Shown here: positions 1-13,600 of the stretch, piece after piece | Numbering within the stretch: the first letter of the stretch is position 1 | How the letters are laid out: every line of letters starts with the position of its first letter | Origin: Eledone cirrhosa | Taxonomy: Eukaryota | Direction of reading: 5' to 3' | DNA length: 64,000 bases | Assembly (NCBI GenBank): GCA_964016885.1 | Contig: OZ024740.1 | Span: 279,620,001 to 279,684,000, forward strand | Made by a program: the position numbers and the translations under genes | Notes under the pieces: model-generated | The model's database searches: none | Seen by the model: only the letters and a program-made list of their open reading frames with translations | What the model was told of the DNA's origin: nothing

Positions 1-3000
1 ATCCATTTTTTATTTGGTGATCCATTTTTTATTTGGGGGATCCATTTTTTATTTGGGTGATCCATTTTTTATTTGGGTGATCCATTTTTTATTTGGGTGA
101 TCCATTTTTTATTTGGGTGATCCATTTTTTATTTGGGGGATCCATTTTTTATTTGGGTGATCCATTTTTTATTTGGGGGATCCATTTTTTATTTGGGGGA
201 TCCATTTTTTATTTGGTGGATCCATTTTTTATTTGGGGGATCCATTTTTTATCTGGGGGATCCATTTTTTGGGGGGGGATCCATTTTATATTTGGGTGAT
301 CCATTTTTTATTTGGGTGATCCATTTTTTATTTGGGGGATCCATTTTTTATTTGGGTGATCCATTTTTTATTTGGGCGATCCATTTTTTATTTGGGTGAT
401 CCAATTTTTTATTTGGGTGATCCATTTTTTATTTGGGGGATCAATTTTTTATTTGGGTGATCCATTTTTTATTTGGGTGATCCATTTTTTATTTGGTGAT
501 CCATTTTTTATTTGGGGGATCCATTTTTTATTTGGGTGATCCATTTTTTATTTGGGTGATCCATTTTTTATTTTGGGAATCCATTTTTAATTTGGGTGAT
601 CCATTTTTTATTTGGGTGATCCATTTTTTATTTGGGTGATCCATTTTTTATTTGGGTGATCCATTTTTTATTTGGGGGATCCATTTTTTATTTGGGTGAT
701 CCATTTTTTATTTAGGGGATCCATTTTTTATTTGGGCCATCCATTTTTTATTTGGGGGATCCATTTTTTATTTGGTGGATCCATTTTTTATTTGGGGGAT
801 CCATTTTTTATTTGGGGGATCCATTTTTTATTTTGGGGATCCATTTTATATTTGGGTGATCCATTTTTTATTTGGGTGATCCATTTTTTATTTGGGGGAT
901 CCATTTTTTATTTGGGTGATCCATTTTTTATTTGGGGGATCCATTTTTTATTTCGGTGATCCATTTTTTATTTGGGGGATCCATTTTTTATTTGGGGGTT
1001 CCATTTTTTATTTGGGGGATCCATCAAACAAAAAATGGATCACCCAAATAAAAAGTGGATCACCTAAATAAAAAATGGATCACCCAAATAAAAAATGGAT
1101 CCACCAAATAAAAAATGGATCCCCCAAATAAAAAATAGATCACACAAATAAAAAATGGATCCCCCAATTAAAAAATGGATCACCCAAATAAAAAATGGAT
1201 CACCCAAATAAAAAATGGATAACCCAAATAAAAAATGGATCCCCCAAATAAAAAATGGATCACCCAAATAAAAAATGGATCCCCCAAATAAAAAAGGGAT
1301 CCATTTTTTATTTGGGTGATCCATTTTTTATTTGGGGGATCCATTTTTTATTTGGCTTATCCATTTTTATTTGGGTGATCCATTTTTTATTTGGGTGATC
1401 CATTTTTTATTTGGGTGATTCATTTTTTATTTGGGTGATCCATTTTTAATTTTTGGGATCCATTTTTTATTTGGTGGATCCATTTTTTATTTGGGTGATC
1501 CATTTTTTATTTGGGTGATCCATTTTTTATTTGGGTGATCCATTTTTTATTTGATGGATCCCCAAATAAAAAATGGAACCCCCAAATAAAAAATGGATCC
1601 CCCAAATAAAAAATGGATCACCCAAATAAAAAATGGATCCCCCAAATAAAAAATGGATCCCCCAAATAAAAAATGAATCCCTGAAATAAAAAATGGATCC
1701 CCCAAATAAAAAAGGGATCCATTTTTTATTTGGGTGATCCATTTTTTATTTGGGGGGATCCGTTTTTTATTTGGGCGATCCATTTTTTATTTGGGTGATC
1801 CATTTTTTATTTGGGTGATCCATTTTTTATTTGGGGGATCCATTTTTTATTTGGGCGATCCATTTTTTATTTGGGTGATCCATTTTTTATTTGGGGGATC
1901 CATTTTTTATTTGGGGGATCCATTTTTTATTTGGGGGATCCATTTTTTATTTACGGGATCCATTTTTTATTTGGGTGATCCATTTTTTATTTGGGGGATC
2001 CAGTTTTTATTTGGGTGATCCATTTTTTGTTTGGGTGATCCATTTTTATTTTTTGGATCCATTTTTTATTTGGGCGATCCATTTTTTATTTGGTGATCCA
2101 TTTTGTATTTGGGGGATCCATTTTTTATTTGGGTGATCCATTTTTTATTTGGGGGATCCATTTTTTATTTGGGTGATCCATTTTTTATTTGGTGATCCAT
2201 TTTGTATTTGGGGGATCCATTTTTTATTTGGGTGATCCATTTTTTATTTGGGTGATCCATTTTTTATTTGAGGGATCCATTTTTTATTTGGGGGATCCAT
2301 TTTTTATTTGATGGATCTCCCAAATAAAAAATACATCACCCAAATAAAAAATGGATCCCCCAAATAAAAAATGGATCACCCAAATAAAAAATGGATCCCC
2401 CAAATAAAAAATGGATCACACAAATAAAAAATGGATCACCCAAATAAAAAATGAATCACCCAAATATAAAATAGATCACCCAAATAAAAAATGGATCCCC
2501 CAAATAAAAAATGGATCCCTTTTTTATTTGTCGGATCCATTTTTTATTTGGGGGATCCATTATCTATTTGAGTGATCCATTTTTTATTTGTGGGATCCAT
2601 TTTTTATTTGGGTGATCCATTTTTTATTTGGGGGATCCATTTTTTATTTGGGTGATCCATTTTCTATTTGGTGATCCATTTTTTATTTGGGGGATCCATT
2701 TTTTATTTGGGTGATCCATTTTTTATTTGGGTGATCCATTTTTTATTTGAGGGATCCATTTTTTATTTGGGGGATCCATTTTTTATTTGATGGATCTCCC
2801 AAATAAAAAATAGATCACCCAAATAAAAAATGGATCCCCCAAATAAAAAATGGATCACCCACATAGAAACTGGATCCCCCAAATAGAAAATGGATCCCCC
2901 CAAATAAAAAATGGATCCCCCAAATAAAAAATGGGTCACCCAAATAAAAATGGATCACCCAAATAAAAAATGGATCCCCCAAATAATAAAAAGAAACACC

Positions 3001-6000
3001 CAAATAAAAAATGGATCACCCAAATAAAAAATGCATCCTCCAAATAAAAAATGGATTACCCAAATAAAAAAAATCCTCCAAATAAAAAATGGATCACCCA
3101 AATAAAAAATGGATCACCCAAATAAAAAATGGATCCCCCAAATAAAAAATGGATCCCCCAAATAAAAAACGGATCCCCCAAATAAAAAATGGATCACCCA
3201 AATAAAAAATGGATCACCCAAATAAAAAATGGATCACCCAAATAAAAATTGGATCGCCCAAATAAAAAATGGATCCCCCAAATAAAAAATGGATCGCCCA
3301 AATAAAAAATGGATCCCCCAAATAAAAAATGGATCACCCAAATAAAAAATGGATCACCCAAATAAAAAATGGATCCCCAAAATAAAAAATGGATCACCCA
3401 AATAAAAAATGGATCCCTCAAATAAAAAAGGGATCACCCAAATAGAAAATGGATCACCCAAATAAAAAATGGATCCCCCAAATAAAAAATTGATCACCCA
3501 AATAAAAAATGGATCACCCAAATAACAAATGGATCCCCCAAATAAAAAATGGTTCACGAAATAAAAAATGGATCACCCAAATAAAAAATGGATCCCCCCA
3601 AATAAAAAATGGATCACCCAAATAAAAAATGGATCCCTTTTTTATTTAGCGGATCCATTTTTTATTTCGGGGATCCATTCTTTATCTGGGGGATCCATTT
3701 TTTATTTGGGTGATCCATTTTTTATTTGGGGGATCCATTTTTTATTTCGGTGATCCATTTTTTATTTGGGTGATCCATTTTTTATTTGGGGTTCCATTTT
3801 TTATTTGGGTGATCCATTTTTTATTTGGTGGATCCATTTTTTATTTGGGGGATCCATTTCTTATTTGGGTGATCCATTTTTTATTTGGGTGATCCATTTT
3901 TTATTTGGGGGATCAATTTTTTATTTGGGCGATCCATTTTTTATTTGGGTGACCCATTTTTTATTTGGTGATCCATTTTTTATTTGGGGGATCCATTTTT
4001 TATTTGGGTGATCCATTTTTTATTTGGGTGACCCATTTTTTATTTGGTGATCCATTTTTTATTTGGGTGATCCATTTTTTATTTGGGTGATCCATTTTTT
4101 ATTTGGGGGATCCGTTTTTTATTTGGGTGATCCATTTTTTATTTGGGGGATCCATTTTTTATTTGGGGGATCCATTTTTTATTTGGTGGATCCATTTTTT
4201 ATTTGGGGGATCCATTTTTTATTTGGGGGATCCATTTTTTGGGGGGGATCCATTTTATATTTGGGTGATCCATTTTTTATTTGGGTGATCCATTTTTTAT
4301 TTGGGGGATCCATTTTTTATTTGGGTGATCCATTTTTTATTTGGGCGATCCATTTTTTATTTGGGTGATCCAATTTTTTATTTGGGTGATCCATTTTTTA
4401 TTTGGGGGATCAATTTTTTATTTGGGTGATCCATTTTTTATTTGGGTGATCCATTTTTTATTTGGTGATCCATTTTTTATTTGGGGGATCCATTTTTTAT
4501 TTGGGTGATCCATTTTTTATTTGGGTGATCCATTTTTTATTTTGGGTATCCATTTTTAATTTGGGTTATCCATTTTTTATTTGGGTGATCCATTTTTTAT
4601 TTGGGTGATCCATTTTTTATTTGGGTGATCCATTTTTTATTTGGGGGATCCATTTTTTATTTGGGTGATCCATTTTTTATTTAGGGGATCCATTTTTTAT
4701 TTGGGCCATCCATTTTTTATTTGGGGGATCCATTTTTTATTTGGTGGATCCATTTATTATTTGGGGGATCCATTTTTTATTTGGGGGATCCATTTTTTAT
4801 TTTGGGGATCCATTTTATATTTGGGTGATCCATTTTTTATTTGGGTGATCCATTTTTTATTTGGGGGATCCATTTTTTATTTGGGTGATCCATTTTTTAT
4901 TTGGGGGATCCATTTTTTATTTCGGTGATCCATTTTTTATTTGGGGGATCCATTTTTTATTTGGGGGTTCCATTTTTTATTTGGGGGATCCATCAAACAA
5001 AAAATGGATCACCCAAATAAAAAATGGATCCCCCAAATAAAAAAGGGATCCATTTTTTATTTGGGTGATCCATTTTTTATTTGGGGGATCCATTTTTTAT
5101 TTGGCTTATCCATTTTTTATTTGGGTGATCCATTTTTTATTTGGGTGATCCATTTTTTATTTGGGTGATTCATTTTTTATTTGGGTGATCCATTTTTAAT
5201 TTTTGGGATCCATTTTTTATTTGGTGGATCCATTTTTTATTTGGGTGATCCATTTTTTATTTGGGTGATCCATTTTTTATTTGATGGATCCCCAAATAAA
5301 AAATGGAACCCCCAAATAAAAAATGGATCCCCCAAATAAAAAATGGATCACCCAAATAAAAAATGGATCCCCCAAATAAAAAATGGATCCCCCAAATAAA
5401 AAATGAATCCCTGAAATAAAAAATGGATCCCCCAAATAAAAAAGGGATCCATTTTTTATTTGGGTGATCCATTTTTTATTTGGGGGGATCCGTTTTTTAT
5501 TTGGGCGATCCATTTTTTATTTGGGTGATCCATTTTTTATTTGGGTGATCCATTTTTTATTTGGGGGATCCATTTTTTATTTGGGTGATCCATTTTTTAT
5601 TTGGGGGATCCATTTTTTATTTGGGGGATCCATTTTTTATTTGGGGGATCCATTTTTTATTTACGGGATCCATTTTTTATTTGGGTGATCCATTTTTTAT
5701 TTGGGGGATCCAGTTTTTATTTGGGTGATCCATTTTTTGTTTGGGTGATCCATTTTTATTTTTTGGATCCATTTTTTATTTGGGCGATCCATTTTCTATT
5801 TGGTGATCCATTTTGTATTTGGGGGATCCATTTTTTATTTGGGTGATCCATTTTTTATTTGGGGGATCCATTTTTTATTTGGGTGATCCATTTTTTATTT
5901 GGTGATCCATTTTGTATTTGGGGGATCCATTTTTTATTTGGGTGATCCATTTTTTATTTGGGTGATCCATTTTTTATTTGAGGGATCCATTTTTTATTTG

Positions 6001-7640
6001 GGGGATCCATTTTTTATTTGATGGATCTCCCAAATAAAAAATACATCACCCAAATAAAAAATGGATCCCCCAAATAAAAAATGGATCACCCAAATAAAAA
6101 ATGGATCCCCCAAATAAAAAAAAAATGGATCACACAAATAAAAAATGGATCACCCAAATAAAAAATGAATCACCCAAATATAAAATAGATCACCCAAATA
6201 AAAAATGGATCCCCCAAATAAAAAATGGATCCCTTTTTTATTTGTCGGATCCATTTTTTATTTGGGGGATCCATTATCTATTTGAGTGATCCATTTTTTA
6301 TTTGTGGGATCCATTTTTTATTTGGGTGATCCATTTTTTATTTGGGGGATCCATTTTTTATTTGGGTGATCCATTTTCTATTTGGTGATCCATTTTTTAT
6401 TTGGGGGATCCATTTTTTATTTGGGTGATCCATTTTTTATTTGGGTGATCCATTTTTTATTTGAGGGATCCATTTTTTATTTGGGGGATCCATTTTTTAT
6501 TTGATGGATCTCCCAAATAAAAAATAGATCACCCAAATAAAAAATGGATCCCCCAAATAAAAAATGGATCACCCACATAGAAACTGGATCCCCCAAATAG
6601 AAAATGGATCCCCCCAAATAAAAAATGGATCCCCCAAATAAAAAATGGATCACCCAAATAAAAATGGATCACCCAAATAAAAAATGGATCCCCCAAATAA
6701 TAAAAAGAAACACCCAAATAAAAAATGGATCACCCAAATAAAAAATGCATCCTCCAAATAAAAAATGGATTACCCAAATAAAAAAAAATCCTCCAAATAA
6801 AAAATGGATCACCCAAATAAAAAATGGATCACCCAAATAAAAAATGGATCCCCCAAATAAAAAATGGATCCCCCAAATAAAAAACGGATCCCCCAAATAA
6901 AAAATGGATCACCCAAATAAAAAATGGATCACCCAAATAAAAAATGGATCACCCAAATAAAAATTGGATCGCCCAAATAAAAAATGGATCCCCCAAATAA
7001 AAAATGGATCGCCCAAATAAAAAATGGATCCCCCAAATAAAAAATGGATCACCCAAATAAAAAATGGATCACCCAAATAAAAAATGGATCCCCCAAATAA
7101 AAAATGGATCACCCAAATAAAAAATGGATCCCTCAAATAAAAAATGGATCACCCAAATAAAAAATGGATCACCCAAATAAAAAATGGATCCCCCAAATAA
7201 AAAATTGATCCCCCCAAATAAAAAATGGATCACCCAAATAAAAAATGGATCCCTTTTTTATTTAGCGGATCCATTTTTTATTTCGGGGATCCATTCTTTA
7301 TCTGGGGGATCCATTTTTTATTTGGGTGATCCATTTTTTATTTGGGGGATCCATTTTTTATTTCGGTGATCCATTTTTTATTTGGGTGATCCATTTTTTA
7401 TTTGGGGTTCCATTTTTTATTTGGGTGATCCATTTTTTATTTGGTGGATCCATTTTTTATTTGGGGGATCCATTTCTTATTTGGGTGATCCATTTTTTAT
7501 TTGGGTGATCCATTTTTTATTTGGGGGATCAATTTTTTATTTGGGCGATCCATTTTTTATTTGGGTGACCCATTTTTTATTTGGTGATCCATTTTTTATT
7601 TGGGGGATCCATTTTTTATTTGGGTGATCCATTTTTTATT
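1..7640. repeat. Higher-order repeat, two copies of a ~3.6-4.0 kb unit containing four inverted blocks each
   Basis: Same ordered variants and near-identical ORF strings recur: 672/4641, 1527/5257, 1891/5601, 2815/6529, 3710/7326. The offset shrinks from 3969 to 3616 through internal monomer deletions. Confidence 0.9.
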
Positions 7641-10600
7641 TCGGTGATCCATTTTTTATTTGGGTGATCCATTTTTTATTTGGGTGATCCATTTTTTATT
7701 TGGGGGATCCATTTTTTATTTGGGTGATCCATTTTTTATTTGGGGGATCCATTTTTTATTTGGGGGATCCATTTTTTATTTGGTGGATCCATTTTTTATT
7801 TGGGGGATCCATTTTTTATTTGGGGGATCCATTTTTTGGGGGGATCCATTTTATATTTGGGTGATCCATTTTTTATTTGGGTGATCCATTTTTTATTTGG
7901 GGGATCCATTTTTTATTTGGGTGATCCATTTTTTATTTGGGCGATCCATTTTTTATTTGGGTGATCCAATTTTTTATTTGGGTGATCCATTTTTTATTTG
8001 GGGGATCAATTTTTTATTTGGATGATCCATTTTTTATTTGGGTGATCCATTTTTTATTTGGTGATCCATTTTTTATTTGGGGGATCCATTTTTTATTTGG
8101 GTGATCCATTTTTTATTTGGGTGATCCATTTTTTATTTTGGGTATCCATTTTTAATTTGGGTGATCCATTTTTTATTTGGGTGATCCATTTTTTATTTGG
8201 GTGATCCATTTTTTATTTGGGTGATCCATTTTTTATTTGGGGGATCCATTTTTTATTTGGGTGATCCATTTTTTATTTAGGGGATCCATTTTTTATTTGG
8301 GCCATCCATTTTTTATTTGGGGGATCCATTTTTTATTTGGTGGATCCATTTATTATTTGGGGGATCCATTTTTTATTTGGGGGATCCATTTTTTATTTTG
8401 GGGATCCATTTTATATTTGGGTGATCCATTTTTTATTTGGGTGATCCATTTTTTATTTGGGGGATCCATTTTTTATTTGGGTGATCCATTTTTTATTTGG
8501 GGGATCCATTTTTTATTTCGGTGATCCATTTTTTATTTGGGGGATCCATTTTTTATTTGGGGGTTCCATTTTTTATTTGGGGGATCCATCAAACAAAAAG
8601 TGGATCACCTAAATAAAAAATGGATCACCCAAATAAAAAATGGATCCACCAAATAAAAAATGGATCCCCCAAATAAAAAATAGATCACACAAATAAAAAA
8701 TGGATCCCCCAATTAAAAAATGGATCACCCAAATAAAAAATGGATCACCCAAATAAAAAATGGATAACCCAAATAAAAAATGGATCCCCCAAATAAAAAA
8801 TGGATCACCCAAATAAAAAATGGATCCCCCAAATAAAAAAGGGATCCATTTTTTATTTGGGTGATCCATTTTTTATTTGGGGGATCCATTTTTTATTTGG
8901 CTTATCCATTTTTTATTTGGGTGATCCATTTTTTATTTGGGTGATCCATTTTTTATTTGGGTGATTCATTTTTTATTTGGGTGATCCATTTTTAATTTTT
9001 GGGATCCATTTTTTATTTGGTGGATCCATTTTTTATTTGGGTGATCCATTTTTTATTTGGGTGATCCATTTTTTATTTGGGTGATCCATTTTTTATTTGA
9101 TGGATCCCCAAATAAAAAATGGAACCCCCAAATAAAAATGGATCCCCCAAATAAAAAATGGATCACCCAAATAAAAAATGGATCCCCCAAATAAAAAATG
9201 GATCCCCCAAATAAAAAATGAATCCCTGAAATAAAAAATGGATCCCCCAAATAAAAAAGGGATCCATTTTTTATTTGGGTGATCCATTTTTTATTTGGGG
9301 GGATCCGTTTTTTATTTGGGCGATCCATTTTTTATTTGGGTGATCCATTTTTTATTTGGGTGATCCATTTTTTATTTGGGGGATCCATTTTTTATTTGGG
9401 CGATCTATTTTTTATTTGGGTGATCCATTTTTTATTTGGGGGATCCATTTTTTATTTGGGGGATCCATTTTTTATTTGGGGGATCCATTTTTTATTTAGG
9501 GGATCCATTTTTTATTTGGGTGATCCATTTTTTATTTGGGGGATCCAGTTTTTATTTGGGTGATCCATTTTTTGTTTGGGTGATCCATTTTTATTTTTTG
9601 GATCCATTTTTTATTTGGGCGATCCATTTTTTATTTGGGGGATCCATTTTTTATTTGGGGGATCCATTTTTTATTTGGTGATCCATTTTTTATTTGGGGG
9701 ATCCATTTTTTATTTGGGTGATCCATTTTTTATTTGGGTGATCCATTTTTTATTTTGGGTATCCATTTTTAATTTGGGTGATCCATTTTTTATTTGGGTG
9801 ATCCATTTTTTATTTGGGTGATCCATTTTTTATTTGGGTGATCCATTTTTTATTTGGGGGATCCATTTTTTATTTGGGTGATCCATTTTTTATTTAGGGG
9901 ATCCATTTTTTATTTGGGCCATCCATTTTTTATTTGGGGGATCCATTTTTTATTTGGTGGATCCATTTATTATTTGGGGGATCCATTTTTTATTTGGGGG
10001 ATCCATTTTTTATTTTGGGGATCCATTTTATATTTGGGTGATCCATTTTTTATTTGGGTGATCCATTTTTTATTTGGGGGATCCATTTTTTATTTGGGTG
10101 ATCCATTTTTTATTTGGGGGATCCATTTTTTATTTCGGTGATCCATTTTTTATTTGGGGGATCCATTTTTTATTTGGGGGTTCCATTTTTTATTTGGGGG
10201 ATCCATCAAACAAAAAATGGATCACCCAAATAAAAAGTGGATCACCTAAATAAAAAATGGATCACCCAAATAAAAAATGGATCCACCAAATAAAAAATGG
10301 ATCCCCCAAATAAAAAATAGATCACACAAATAAAAAATGGATCCCCCAATTAAAAAATGGATCACCCAAATAAAAAATGGATCACCCAAATAAAAAATGG
10401 ATAACCCAAATAAAAAATGGATCCCCCAAATAAAAAATGGATCACCCAAATAAAAAAGGGATCACCCAAATAAAAAAGGGATCCATTTTTTATTTGGGTG
10501 ATCCATTTTTTATTTGGGGGATCCATTTTTTATTTGGCTTATCCATTTTTTATTTGGGTGATCCATTTTTTATTTGGGTGATCCATTTTTTATTTGGGTG

Positions 10601-13600
10601 ATTCATTTTTTATTTGGGTGATCCATTTTTAATTTTTGGGATCCATTTTTTATTTGGTGGATCCATTTTTTATTTGGGTGATCCATTTTTTATTTGGGTG
10701 ATCCATTTTTTATTTGGGTGATCCATTTTTTATTTGATGGATCCCCAAATAAAAAATGGAACCCCCAAATAAAAAATGGATCCCCCAAATAAAAAATGGA
10801 TCACCCAAATAAAAAATGGATCCCCCAAATAAAAAATGGATCCCCCAAATAAAAAATGAATCCCAGAAATAAAAAATGGATCCCCCAAATAAAAAAGGGA
10901 TCCATTTTTTATTTGGGGGATCCATTTTTTATTTGGGGGATCCATTTTTTATTTAGGGGATCCATTTTTTATTTGGGTGATCCATTTTTTATTTGGGGGA
11001 TCCAGTTTTTATTTGGGTGATCCATTTTTTGTTTGGGTGATCCATTTTTATTTTTTGGATCCATTTTTTATTTGGGCGATCCATTTTTTATTTGGGGGAT
11101 CCATTTTTTATTTGGGGGATCCATTTTTTATTTGGGGGATCCATTTTTTATTTGGGTGATCAATTTTTTATTTGGTGATCCATTTTGTATTTGGGGGATC
11201 CATTTTTTATTTGGGTGATCCATTTTTTATTTGGGGGATCCATTTTTTATTTGGGTGATCCATTTTTTATTTGGTGATCCATTTTGTATTTGGGGGATCC
11301 ATTTTTTATTTGGGTGATCCATTTTTTATTTGGGTGATCCATTTTTTATTTGAGGGATCCATTTTTTATTTGGGGGATCCATTTTTTATTTGGGGGATCC
11401 ATTTTTTATTTGATGGATCTCCCAAATAAAAAATACATCACCCAAATAAAAAATGGATCCCCCAAATAAAAAATGGATCACCCAAATAAAAAATGGATCC
11501 CCCAAATAAAAAATGGATCACACAAATAAAAAATGGATCACCCAAATAAAAAATGAATCACCCAAATATAAAATAGATCACCCAAATAAAAAATGGATCC
11601 CCCAAATAAAAAATGGATCCCTTTTTTATTTGGCGGATCCATTTTTTATTTGGGGGATCCATTATCTATTTGAGTGATCCATTTTTTATTTGTGGGATCC
11701 ATTTTTTATTTGGGTGATCCATTTTTTATTTGGGGGATCCATTTTTTATTTGGGTGATCCATTTTTTATTTGGTGATCCATTTTTTATTTGGGGGATCCA
11801 TTTTTTATTTGGGCGATCCATTTTTTATTTGGGTGACCCATTTTTTATTTGGTGATCCATTTTTTATTTGGGGGATCCATTTTTTATTTGGGTGATCCAT
11901 TTTTTATTTGGGTGATCCATTTTTTATTTGGGTGATCCATTTTTTATTTGGGTGATCCATTTTTTATTTGGGGGATCCATTTTTTATTTGGGTGATCCAT
12001 TTTTTATTTGGGGGATCCATTTTTTATTTGGGGGATCCATTTTTTATTTGGTGGATCCATTTTTTATTTGGGGGATCCATTTTTTATTTGGGGGATCCAT
12101 TTTTTGGGGGGGATCCATTTTATATTTGGGTGATCCATTTTTTATTTGGGTGATCCATTTTTTATTTGGGGGATCCATTTTTTATTTGGGTGATCCATTT
12201 TTTATTTGGGCGATCCATTTTTTATTTGGGTGATCCAATTTTTTATTTGGGTGATCCATTTTTTATTTGGGGGATCAATTTTTTATTTGGATGATCCATT
12301 TTTTATTTGGGTGATCCATTTTTTATTTGGTGATCCATTTTTTATTTGGGGGATCCATTTTTTATTTGGGTGATCCATTTTTTATTTGGGTGATCCATTT
12401 TTTATTTTGGGTATCCATTTTTAATTTGGGTGATCCATTTTTTATTTGGGTGATCCATTTTTTATTTGGGTGATCCATTTTTTATTTGGGTGATCCATTT
12501 TTTATTTGGGGGATCCATTTTTTATTTGGGTGATCCATTTTTTATTTAGGGGATCCATTTTTTATTTGGGCCATCCATTTTTTATTTGGGGGATCCATTT
12601 TTTATTTGGTGGATCCATTTATTATTTGGGGGATCCATTTTTTATTTGGGGGATCCATTTTTTATTTTGGGGATCCATTTTATATTTGGGTGATCCATTT
12701 TTTATTTGGGTGATCCATTTTTTATTTGGGGGATCCATTTTTTATTTGGGTGATCCATTTTTTATTTGGGGGATCCATTTTTTATTTCGGTGATCCATTT
12801 TTTATTTGGGGGATCCATTTTTTATTTGGGGGTTCCATTTTTTATTTGGGGGATCCATCAAACAAAAAATGGATCACCCAAATAAAAAGTGGATCACCTA
12901 AATAAAAAATGGATCACCCAAATAAAAAATGGATCCACCAAATAAAAAATGGATCCCCCAAATAAAAAATAGATCACACAAATAAAAAATGGATCCCCCA
13001 ATTAAAAAATGGATCACCCAAATAAAAAATGGATCACCCAAATAAAAAATGGATAACCCAAATAAAAAATGGATCCCCCAAATAAAAAATGGATCACCCA
13101 AATAAAAAATGGATCCCCCAAATAAAAAAGGGATCCATTTTTTATTTGGGTGATCCATTTTTTATTTGGGGGATCCATTTTTTATTTGGCTTATCCATTT
13201 TTTATTTGGGTGATCCATTTTTTATTTGGGTGATCCATTTTTTATTTGGGTGATTCATTTTTTATTTGGGTGATCCATTTTTAATTTTTGGGATCCATTT
13301 TTTATTTGGTGGATCCATTTTTTATTTGGGTGATCCATTTTTTATTTGGGTGATCCATTTTTTATTTGGGTGATCCATTTTTTATTTGATGGATCCCCAA
13401 ATAAAAAATGGAACCCCCAAATAAAAAATGGATCCCCCAAATAAAAAATGGATCACCCAAATAAAAAATGGATCCCCCAAATAAAAAATGGATCCCCCAA
13501 ATAAAAAATGAATCCCTGAAATAAAAAATGGATCCCCCAAATAAAAAAGGGATCCATTTTTTATTTGGGTGATCCATTTTTTATTTGGGGGGATCCGTTT

